A stretch of DNA of 63,527 bases, the filler included, from Choristocarpus tenellus KU-1152 (lineage: Eukaryota; Protista; Phaeophyceae), in NCBI GenBank assembly GCA_964200185.2. It is 10 parts of 10 records of this genome, joined end to end, with 100 filler letters (N's around TTAATTAATTAA, not from the genome) between each part and the next. Parts side by side here need not be neighbours in the genome. Positions count along the whole stretch, not along the records: positions 35,175 to 40,984 come from CAXNAD020009700.1; positions 41,085 to 45,967 come from CAXNAD020012678.1; positions 46,068 to 52,000 come from CAXNAD020009377.1; 7 more parts are not named here. One strand, 5' to 3'. A program made the translations under genes and the position numbers. Below the pieces are notes generated by a model that searched no databases, had not been told where the DNA came from, and was given only the letters and a program-made list of their open reading frames with translations. Shown here piece after piece: positions 37,076 through 47,851 of this stretch. Every line of letters starts with the position of its first letter. Position 1 is the first letter of the stretch.

Positions 37076-38159
37076 ATGCCCCGGCATCGTGGGACACGGC
37101 TGTCCCCTGGAACTGGTAAGGATGTCGACTCGCCGACGGACATGAGAGATGGAGACGAGGTTATAGTTTTCAGATCGAGAAAGCGTAAGTCCAAGGGATC
37201 GTCACGTCGAGAAACTGTCGATTCCCTAGACGCGAACGGACTGGGTGGGTCTGAATCTGATGCAGAGTTTGAATTCAGTCCTGCCAGAACGACCAAGAAA
37301 AAGGGGAGGCAAGGGGTCAATAAAGAAGGCAACAACGAAGAAGAGGATGGCGAAGAGGGGGAGGACGAAAAAGACGAAGAGGATGATGACCATGAGAACG
37401 ACGAGAGTAAGCAGAGGAAGTCATCGGATGAGGATGAAGATACGGCGCGAAACTCGTGGAAACCTCGACAACCTCGTCGTGCTGCGACTGCAGCGAAGCT
37501 CGCCTTAGGTGGTGGCATGCCCACGTCGAAGGCATGTGGGGGAAATGGTGAAAGAGTTGCAGTAAGATTGAACTCTTGCAAGCGCATGGAAATGAGCTAC
37601 GTTTCCAATCTAACGATGGAGGATGAAATGGAAGAGGAAGATGTGAGCACGTTGGTGTATTCTCTCGATATATTTTGTTGCAAGAGCGGCACTAATGCCC
37701 CAATTTCTGCGTGAAGGTATCGGGTAAGGCCTTTTTGAGTCCTATGTACAGAAGTCACACTTAGAAGACAAAAGGAAGTGGCAGGTGTGTTGGCAGTGTT
37801 ATCTCGTTTCTTGTCATTGATCGTTAAAGCTACTTGGCGATTCCTGCAACTTGGCGATATGATGTAGTTTCGTGTGGTGTCTTGTATGTGTTGCTGCAAA
37901 ACCTTTGCTCTATCCTTGTTTGAGCCCTTTCTATTCGTCTCTAAAAACCTGACACCACACTTAGTAGATCGGATCCCAAGCCCCGAACCTCATCTCCTTT
38001 TCTATTTCGATGAAAGGTAAGGTACACACCTTGCTGCTACTTAGATATTTTTGCGTAGAGCATATCTTTGATATCATTTAATCTCATATGGCTAAAATGT
38101 AAAGTTGATGGGTCCTATACTGCTGATCTCAGACCCAAATGTTTCCTCAGGCGACAGGG

Positions 38160-38191
<32 letters not shown>

Positions 38192-38552
38192 GAGTGACAC
38201 CAAAGATGTGTAGCAAACATTGTATTATCTTATCGAAATATGTAGTTGTACCAAATGATACACGAGTATGGCCCTTTTCATCCCTGCTCACGAGCGTGAG
38301 AATGACCTGTCAAACATACTATTCTTGTAATGCCACTGAAACCAGAACATCATACTCAGATAAGTAGCACTTTGATAGACCTTGTTCAGGTCATACCGGG
38401 TGACTACTATGTTTCAGGTGAAATACGACTCAAGCGCAGAAGAAGAACCCTATGAAGGGGAAAGCACAACCAAGGGCCGCAGCAAGGTTATGAGGAAAGG
38501 CGTGGTCAGAGAGGGCCTGGGCAGTGAAGGCAAGGGCAAGAAGGGAAGCAAG
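37076..38552 (+). CDS. 5' exons (37076-37642, 38418-38552) of an unknown protein with acidic/basic low-complexity N-terminus, probably nuclear
   Basis: MPRHRGTRL...RSRKRKSK...EEEDGEEGEDEKDEEDDD...EEED|VKYDSSAEEE...KGKKGSK; GTGAG donors, phase-0 junction, NLS-like basic clusters. Confidence 0.6.
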
Positions 38553-40984
38553 GTGAGCAGTGTCAATAGGGAAAGTTGCTTACTCCGGGGAATCAGTCTC
38601 CCCTCTCTGTACATAGTAGCTTCAAGATGATTTTACCAGACATTACGTGCTTGCTCTATGGCTTGTGGCTGTTTGTGGTAGTAAAGTATCATGCTCACCT
38701 GTATGTGGTGAACAAATCATCACACGCCTGTTTGCTATTGTTTTCAAATGTTTTTGAATGAAAAATATAATGTACTACTTGGATGTGACTTTTACTTTGT
38801 AATAGTGAATATTTTTTTTGCCCTGTGTGTGGTTGCTTATTTTTGCTGGTGGCTCCAACTGTTTTATTGTCTCGGGGAATCTTGAGTGCTCTGCAAAAAA
38901 AAAAAAGCTTTTGGATTCACTTCTTTTATGCAGTAGATTCATTTTTCTGCTTGATGACTGCCACATTATGTTTTATTCTCATTTCTATTTGGCGTGAGCT
39001 TGTGCCACATACTGTGCTAAATTGTATAAGAAGGAGTAACAGTACTATGGTGGTGACTATCCCCAGTGGATTGGTGTTATCTCAATGCTTGACAAGGATG
39101 AAGAGCATTGCTGTCGTGCTACACTACTCTTCTAATGTGCAGCCTGTACATTGTAGAAGGTCATCCTTTGGCACTGTCTTGTATCCTTTTGTTGAGAACA
39201 AATCGGATAGGTCCTTTCTTTGAGTGATTATGCTCATCAATGGTAAGACCTTAAGTTGTGACCTCCTGTAGTGCTCCATAGCATTCTCCATAGGGTGAAG
39301 AAACTGCAGCCCTATTCCCTGCTAAACATTTGCCGTAGCCCTTTGGATTGAGGTAGTCGGGGGCAGGAGGAAATGATTATGGGTTTAATAGTAAGTCATG
39401 TGGGGCAGAGGACTGAGTCCGCCGCATTGACTAGTAGAGTACTAGCTCTGTAGTGAAGTGTGACATTGGTACCAGGCAACAGTATTAATAGACCGGAGTA
39501 GTTAGAAAAGGAATGGACTGAATCATTAGTGGTACTGTAAATACTACGAACCATTCGTATCAATACTACTGGAATTGATTTTTCTTTCAGTAATTTTCTA
39601 TTTTAACCCAAGTGAATTATATCGCGATGTGGATGACCCAACCCTGTTGTAGAGACTGATGGCACTGTTTTCATTTATTGATTTTGTTCAGCCAGATTGA
39701 TGTTTTCCTTTTGTTGAAGACTGACGGGTTTTTGCTTCTTTTGTGGTGTTGTACATTGTACAAAGGATAGGAAGGTAAGGTGTATAGGTAGTGTGCTTGT
39801 AATCATCGTTTTTTTTTTCTGATATCTTTTGAGTGCCCAGCTCTTCTTCTTGACTTCAGCAAACACCCACAAGTGATTTACTTCGGAGGAGGAATGAAGG
39901 AACCGACAATGCAATGAAGCAGTTGTGCATATCTGTATGTTACTCTCATGTATTGTATGGCAATTGCAGAGCTTGTTATTTAATACACAATGTGGAGATG
40001 AGTTTTTGAGTATTGAAAGGATGAATTATGTGGTTCATGAGTATCCCTCCCCCCTCCCTGCATTAGATTTGCTCTCTGTTTTTCGACACTCGATTGCTTT
40101 TTTGATTGCTATTTATTTCATGTTGGCTGACTTTTTCTGTGCCCTGCACTTTCCACCTCATGGTTCTACTGGGGACATCCTGAACCTGATTGACTAATTT
40201 TTGTGCCTGTGCACTGGCCATTCAAGGAGGTTGGCGGGAACAGTCTGCTCAGAAATTTTGGGTTCAAGGTGGTGGACACTGATCACCACTTGGCTGAAAT
40301 GGACTGGTCCTTGAAGGTGCTCCCTGACATTATTCTCGGCTGTTTTGTACTGAGGACAGACACACTAGAAATTATTACAACTTCCAATCTTTCCATTGAA
40401 AAGCTAGTGTTGCTTGCTCACTGTCTTGAAGAAGAGGTTTGTTTGATATGTACCATGGTTGGACTATTCTGCTTGTGCATGTGATGACCATTTTCGATAG
40501 TCCTGCTAGTTGGAAGTGTGTTGCTCCTGCCTTAGCTCCCCTGCTGCTTGAACTGTAGAAATTGATCTGGAGTATGCATGTAGCAATTTTGGTGGAGCAG
40601 TTGCACCTTGCATGACTTCTTGATTGGGCAGTTCCTAGCAACCTGGAAGGCGTTTTTGTTCTCTGTGTCTCGTCTTGATGATGAGAGTGAAGTATTATAA
40701 TCTCTAAGGTGATACACGATTACATAGCACACTCCTGCTCCTGATATCATTTCTAACGGATAACCCCTACTACTTAAGTACTGCTACATTGTCCCTATCT
40801 ACATCGACTTGCATGGAGGCCCCTTCAAATCGCCCTTTCTTGAAATGCTCAACCTTCAACTACCCCCATGCAGTCCCAGGTCACGTCAGAATCAATTGCA
40901 GTACTGTTACCCCCCCCCCCCCCCCTTGCCCGGCCCCCTCCTTTCTTCTTCCAAGTTCATGAACCACCAGCGCGAGGAATGACA

Positions 40985-41084
40985 NNNNNNNNNNNNNNNN
41001 NNNNNNNNNNNNNNNNNNNNNNNNNNNNTTAATTAATTAANNNNNNNNNNNNNNNNNNNNNNNNNNNNNNNNNNNNNNNNNNNN
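40985..41084. other. Artificial contig linker
   Basis: N44-TTAATTAATTAA-N44. Confidence 0.98.
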
Positions 41085-41095
41085 ACGGCGCGTCG

Positions 41096-41130
41096 CCCCC
41101 CCCCCCCCCCCCCCCCAGATACTTTGGGCC
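41096..41130. mobile_element. MITE family A-type end at contig start
   Basis: C-run + AGATACTTTGGGCC. Confidence 0.65.
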
Positions 41131-41373
41131 AGATGTAGTTCTTGGGTTGGAAAGATTTCCTTTTTGTTATAATAAAGAAATCGAATTGAAAAAGCTATCA
41201 ACACCATCTTGAGACGGATCAGATAACGAGCGATGTTAACAAGTTATTTACGTACTCCTCAATTATGTGGAGATTATTAAAGTTCTGTCTTCGTCAATGA
41301 TTTGACACATACGGCATCCTACTGGCTAATGTCTTAGAATACCTTGATATTCCTTCACTTGTTGTATACAGTG

Positions 41374-41548
41374 GGCTCAAAGTATCGAGGGGGTGTGACG
41401 ACTGTCGATTTAGCACCCATTTTCCATGTCGCAGTTTTTGTGTGATTTGGTTGCATGCATCAGATGGATAATGTAAGTGTACTTTTCCTGGTCAGGGCCC
41501 GAATGGACACCCTGGTGTAGACCCCCCCCACCCCAGATACTTTCAGCC
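41374..41548 (+). mobile_element. MITE family A copy with AGTG target-site duplication
   Basis: AGTG|GGCTCAAAGTATCG...CCCCAGATACTTTCAGCC|AGTG. Confidence 0.92.
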
Positions 41549-43155
41549 AGTGTCCTCTCCGCTCTCACAGAGAGCTCTCCGTGGTTTCCACAAGTACACA
41601 GGAAGGGAACAAGCGTACAAGGAGACGTAACAGGCTCCCTCAAATACCTTGAAAAGGATAGAAATTGATTGGCAATGTGGTCATACAACTAAATATTAAA
41701 CAACTAGGTGCCGAACGGGTATTTCCCAGCCCTAATTCCTGGCATATCTATTCCTCTTATAATCCAGGCAGACTGCCACAGTATATCAAACCATGAACGG
41801 GCAAAACTTGCTCATCGCTACAATATGTGCATCTACCTGTTACACCTTCCCTGATCTCTTCTCAGTGCACTCATGTATTTTAGTACAATAATATGCTTGA
41901 ATTCTGTCCGTCGATTTGCCACCACCATCCTGTCCACTAAGCACACCTCATGCAGGTATCTGATCCCAGCTAATGAAGTAGTCAATAATGTCTTAAGTAT
42001 ATATTAATACCAACCACACTTAAGTCTTCCATACTACCTGTCCCTCAAAACACTATCACAGAGGAGGATGTGGTGTACACGTTCCTGCGGTGGTTTCTCA
42101 GACGGTATATCTTTTTCTAGTTGGTTCTCTCGCGAAATTTCGGATTAATAATGTGCGAGCAAAAGAGCACACCCACCCATACATATACATCTACTACATA
42201 CCGATTATATTTTATACATGCAATCATCTCACTGCTTCTGCGGTCCATCTTCCATGCCCAATGTCCGCACATGCTCAATCACAGATAGCACTTCTACATG
42301 TAGAGTCCTCCCTTACAATTATCCACTAAAGCACTCAGAAAAGAATTAGGTACGTCTGTTGTTTCGTTCAGAAACCTCCACATTGCCAAAGGATTGGGGG
42401 AGACAGGTAGACCTTAGATTCGATAGTATTATATTCGCTATCGATATACTGGAATATATGATAAACTGCTCCCTCTGTTCGACATCAGTTCGATTAGTTT
42501 GTGGGGCAGACATAACAGACAAGAAGATACGAATTATCATTTTATTTTATTTTATGGGCGTATAGGAAAACCCATTATCCAGTGGTGTGAATCAGGACAG
42601 TTTAATCGACTTCAATTCGATATATATTCAATTCATCAAACCTGAGCTGAAAAAGTTAGGTAATTCAGGGGGTTTTCGTATCACAATACAGGAGAAGTGT
42701 GATTAGGGAATATGTCAAAAGTCAGATAAGTACCACATATTTGTTACAAGGTGTCACTCACTACCCACAACTCACCATATATCTTGCTGTTAATTGGTGG
42801 CCCAGATCTGAGTGCTGAGACCTGTGGAGGGTTTGGGGTGTTAGCCTTGCGGTACTACTCGCCACTCAGCGACCTGCACGCTTTTCGCGCGCGTCAATTC
42901 GTGCTCCAAGATTTTTTTTCGATTCCATTCGATTAATCGAAATTCTTCTCGAGCCGATTTAATCGTAGTCGTAGCAGTATCATTATGGATGGTGATATAT
43001 CAAAAATAGTTTGATAGAAGTCATACCAAAAAGTTGAAGATTTCTTGATGCTTGATATTCCAATAAGTTGTCAAGTATCAATAATATCAATACAAAAGAA
43101 ATTAGAAAGCTGCGATATTATTGATTTGTTACTACAAATTGAAAACGATGGAATG

Positions 43156-44344
43156 TCACCCTCCCTCGTCTTCATTGGCTACAAGAAGAGATGGTAAAGG
43201 TTCTTCATGCAACGGAAGGAATAACCTCCAGTATAACCTCTCATTACTGTCATGCCAAGTACACTGCATTACCAACTCCCTCATTTGGCCATGGTAGAGG
43301 TCGAAACTCATCCCTAGGAAATGCTGAGAAGTGAATGGTGGATGTGTTCCAATGAGAGTAGCTAGGAGTCGCTGACAATTTTCACTAGGGTACGAAAGGT
43401 TGAGGCCTGCTGCACGAACTTGTTGTTTATGGTTCAGATATGCCATTTCTTTCATGTGCGACTCCATTGTCCACTTCTACACAACCTTAATATTCTCCTT
43501 CCAGTAGGTCTGGAGATGCACAGGTGTCTTACGGTTGATGCCGTTGACTGACCTCACATTTGGTCTATAGATCGAGACACTTCCTTGAAATATCTCCCCC
43601 TCCTTGTCCAACCTCGTCACTCCCTCAGCTTCTTCGTTGTCCACATCTACCAACAACAATCCAGCTTTCATGTGCTGCTCCTGCTCTTGTCACAAAATTG
43701 TTCCAGTCTTCGCACTTTCATCCAAGTCGAGAACTTAGCCATCAGGCTTATATGCACGCTATTGTTGTTGGATGACATAAATCAATGCCTCTCGAGCAAA
43801 CTCGTCTTTCTCTTCTGTTGTCGGCAAGGGGGTAATTGATCTTGTGCCTGCCTGTCCATCCTGGACCAGAGCGAAGACCCTGAACATATAAAGAGAGCAA
43901 GAGAAACCACAGGATGATACGAATTGAAGAATCTATAATAATAGATCGATGAATGGAGAGATCACGTCATGATGCATCATTCAAAAAGAAGAAAGCGCTT
44001 CCCACATCCTAAAATATTATATTCAATACACTGCCAAATGGTGCCATGGAAAACAATTTTTTCTTGCAGGTGGCTTTGATATATTCACCGTTCTCATCAA
44101 TGAAGTTGGCCTGGTCCTGTCCTCTCAGGTCCAACACAATATGTTCCACCTCAGTTTGACCATCGAGGACGTTGATTACTGTTACAAGGCCAATACGCTC
44201 ACCTATGTCCTTGTTTTCCTTCACTGATGCCCACCTCGAGTAAGTGGGGTCATTGAAGAAGTCAGTCATCACCTCCTGGATATCCTGATAGTTCCACATG
44301 CTATGGAGGCTTCGGTACTTGGCTGAACGAGAGGGGCAATGCAT
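43156..44344 (-). pseudogene. Pseudogene of unknown family: one 241-codon frame (43156-43878) with four internal stops, plus an upstream coding segment (44009-44344)
   Basis: VFALVQDGQAGTRSITPLPTTEEKDEFAREALIYVIQQQ*RAYKPDG*VLDLDESAKTGTIL*QEQEQHMKAGLL...KENIKVV*KWTMESHMKEMAYL...EDEGG*; no frameshift; preceded by a TTCAG acceptor. Confidence 0.55.
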
Positions 44345-44637
44345 AAAGATTGCACATGGGGCGAAGGAGGAAAATTAGTTAAGACGTGGACAGGAGAGTT
44401 AAGCTCCTCCACACACATAAAAGTAGGGATTATGCTGCAGATAAATGACAAGATAGGCGGACAGTGCAAATACTGGAAAATCATCCGCTCCATGATGTGT
44501 AGGTTCCATCAAACATAAACTGGGAGGATGATGTGGTAATCATTTCGGGGGGTGATTGCCCGAAGCCTCCCGTAACACGCCTGACAGGCAGTGTTATGTC
44601 TCAACCCTGTTGGTGCCACAACGGGATGTGAGCCATT

Positions 44638-44672
44638 GGCTCAAAATATCTGGGGGGGGGGTGTGGCAGCTT
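44638..44672 (+). mobile_element. MITE family A left end interrupted by a copia LTR
   Basis: GGCTCAAAATATCTGGGGGGGGGGTGTGGCAGCT, then switches to LTR sequence. Confidence 0.65.
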
Positions 44673-45083
44673 TGCAAAAGAGAACTACTCGAGTAGAGTA
44701 TTTTGCTTTGTGTGGTATGGATATGTTTAAGAGCGGAGTGAGCACAGCCCATGGTGGTGTGGGGGGTGGCTCTCTCTCATTATCTTATTGTTTATTACGT
44801 ATATCAGGCTGACTCATCAGCTGACACATCAAAACGTGTCCTGCCGCCGTTACATCGTACTATGTCACTTATCCTGTGTAGCTAGAGCTAGTACTATGTC
44901 AGAAATCTGCCATCACTCCATTTATACCAAGTAATAAGAAATCGATTATCTGAGCTTCGAAATAACTACTTTACAGACACGACTACAAGTCAACGACACT
45001 TGTTCCACTTAGCCAACATTCTTGTTGTCTGGTAGTGTTCACTAAAGATGTATAAACCATATAGACTATCAGTCTATATTGCA
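44673..45083 (-). mobile_element. 3' LTR of the copia element (about 411 bp)
   Basis: Follows polypurine tract ATGGGGGAG on the minus strand; termini TGCAA...TTGCA (TG...CA, 5-bp inverted repeat). Confidence 0.7.
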
Positions 45084-45123
45084 CACTCCCCCATAAGCGT
45101 GCAGCAAAGTTGCTGGCAAAAGC

Positions 45124-45967
45124 TCACCCCCGACGCGAAAGCACAGAATGCACAAAACTGGAAGTAATATTCTTACGCAAAGGCTTAGTCAAAATGTCAG
45201 CTAGTTGTTTCGATGTTGGAACATATTCTACATGAAACAGACCTTGGTCCACATATTCCCTAGTGCACTTCAGCTTCATGTGTACATGTCTTGTTCTCCC
45301 ATTGTAACCTGTGATTCTGCTCGCCTGTATTGCTCAACGATTGTCACAGAACCAGGGAGTCTGATCCTGTAATATACCAATCTCCCCCAGAATGCCTTGA
45401 AGGAAAATGCAGTGGCGCATGCCATATGCCATTGCCGTCCACTCTGCCTCCGAGCTGGAGAGAGTGACAGCACCTTGAAGTTTGGATCGCCAGGCAATCG
45501 GCGACTTGTTGAACAGTAGCAAGTAGCCTGTGACACTCCTGCGTGTTTGGGAGTCTGTGCCTCAGTCAGAATCTCCATAACCCACTAGAAGTTCGTCTCC
45601 CTTGTTCATATCTTTGTCTCCTCGATTATAATGAATGCAGACATCCAATGTCCCTGCTACGTAGCGCAGAACATGCTCTAGTCCGCGCCAGTGTCTCATG
45701 CATGGAGATGCTGCTCTACGCCCCAATTCACGAACACTGTTAGCCAGATCTGGTCGAGTCATGCCTGCTAAGAACATGAGTTTCCCAAGAATATTGGCAT
45801 AGAGGTATATGGTGGGATCTAGTTCCTCCTCGTGATCTTGTTTAGCAGAGAGGTCCATGCCGGGATCCAGTGGTGCTGATGTCTTTCGTACTTCTGTAGT
45901 GCCCATCCCGGCCATGACAATACTTTCTGCATATAGTTGTTGATCCAAGGTGATTCCATCTTCATCC
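45124..45967 (-). mobile_element. Ty1/copia retrotransposon pol remnant (RT C-terminus + RNase H)
   Basis: YANILGKLMFLAGMTRPDLA...LRYVAGT...GYGDSD*...RRSVTGY...IAWRSKLQGAVTLSSSEAEW...CDN...RTRHV...QLADILTKPL; two in-frame stops. Confidence 0.95.
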
Positions 45968-46067
45968 NNNNNNNNNNNNNNNNNNNNNNNNNNNNNNNNN
46001 NNNNNNNNNNNTTAATTAATTAANNNNNNNNNNNNNNNNNNNNNNNNNNNNNNNNNNNNNNNNNNNN
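45968..46067. other. Artificial contig linker
   Basis: N44-TTAATTAATTAA-N44. Confidence 0.98.
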
Positions 46068-47851
46068 GGATCGAGAGGTCACCAAAACTGCAGCAACCAG
46101 GGCTCAGGATCTAGGACCCAGGACTCAGCACCCAGCACCCAACCAGGGTCATTCAAAATGGAAGAATGTAAGTGGTAAGTGGTAAGTGGTGAGTGGTGAG
46201 GCAACAGACAGTGGGACCCTTCTGCGTGGTTGGTGGGTGCTATACCCACATTTGAAGAGAGCGTCGCATTTCTGTAAGGGATTTGGGAAGATATTCTAAA
46301 TTTGCATAAACCTACGTGCAGCAACATCCCCTTTATATCGCCTTCGTCAAAAACAGTGATACACCTAATAATTTTGCACTATTATATAGAAGCTAGTACA
46401 TTATAATCCGATATATATACTACTATATATGGGCATTGTTGTGGACTTTTATGGGAATAGATCGTGTATTCCGACCACTAAGAAGGACAACACGCAATTT
46501 GAATTACTTGAAGTTTGAATATTTTTGACCATAAATATAAAATTGCATCATCCCCATCATACCCCACTTCCTGGACGAAATAGCAAAAAATATTAATCAT
46601 CCTGAATTTTCGTCTCTCTACTGAGGCCGCTCAATAATAAGTTGGGGACCTTTAATGTTACGTATGACCCACTCCAAGGGAAGCGGAGGATCTGTCGCCC
46701 ATCATGTGTAGTCTCCATTTCCCACAACCACAAACACCGTTTCACAACACAGGAGTAACCAGCATTGTAACCAGTTCAACATTCTTATCACCACAGGAGG
46801 TGAAGTAACAAAGTGATGTGTACTTGTAACGGAATGGAATTAATTGGTTCCTTTACCAGAGGCGAAATGATACATATTTAATGCTCAATTAATTGTAGTC
46901 GGTATTTTTCCGAGAGATAGAAGGGGGGCGTCCTCTTCACCAAGGTACTCCTCCTCGTCTGAGCTTTATTTCTTTCATGCTGAACAAATTCAGAAACTCT
47001 CGGACCTGTACGGTGCAGGATCGTTCCGCCATTGGATGATTATCTTCGGGAAGGGCCCTCCCCACCTGTCTCCATCTCTTCTATTGTTTTTTATTGCTGA
47101 GACAACTGCAGCCAAGCATTCATTGAGACCATTCAGCAGGCAAAGGGATTTCTTTGTCATCGTCCTTCGCGCCACACGACTTAAGGCAGGTAACTTGGTT
47201 CGGTCTCAATAGTGTGCATAAACGCTTTATTACTCTGTCGAGGGCGTTCCTCGTACCAAAGGTTGTTCTTGCAAGGAATGCGCATACATCGGTGGTCTGT
47301 CATTGCAATGACCCTCCCAAAGTGACACCCCATTTCCCTATAGTACGCCTTCATTGTTCTATTCCTCTCATGTGTTGGGTTTTGGAACATAACTGGCAAC
47401 CGACAATGGGATGACAAATCAACTTAGTATGTTTGATTTTCTTTCTGTTGATGTGTATGGTGTGTGTATGACAGTTGACAACATTGTCATGCTTCATACC
47501 TTCATCGTTCCCGTCATTGGTCCAAACCATTCATCTTCCTCGCGGATCACGTCATCTCCAGCGCGCGGGATCGATTATCTTTATGTTGTCCGAACTTAGA
47601 TGCAATTAATGATGCACATTCAACTCCATGTGTAGTGGTTGAGAGGTTGTAGCCAGAATTCTGGTGCTCTTCAGACGTCCTGCGTACAGTCACATAAAGG
47701 CGTTTTCCTACACTAGCAGCAACTTAACGCTAACAAACTTACTTGGGTTGTAGCTTTCGCCTTCACAATGTCCGCTTGAGACAAATCGTATCCTACCAAG
47801 ATAGGATAGGGTGGGGGAAGGGTAGAGTCCTGTTTTTCTGCCGAGGTTGAG

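Noticed and set aside
40203-40640. Non-LTR retrotransposon or gene remnant
   Set aside because: Looks faintly coding on the minus strand but no diagnostic motif could be identified.
43156-43878. Alternative genetic code (stop-codon reassignment)
   Set aside because: All three stop types interrupt the frame, while intact genes here terminate normally with TAG (ARPC5) and TGA (thioesterase).
46985-47025. ILHRTGPRVSEF as a tyrosine-recombinase box I (Crypton/DIRS/integrase)
   Set aside because: Short match in a stop-rich frame with no in-frame HxxR or catalytic Tyr box, and a different frame looks more coding-like. Probably chance.
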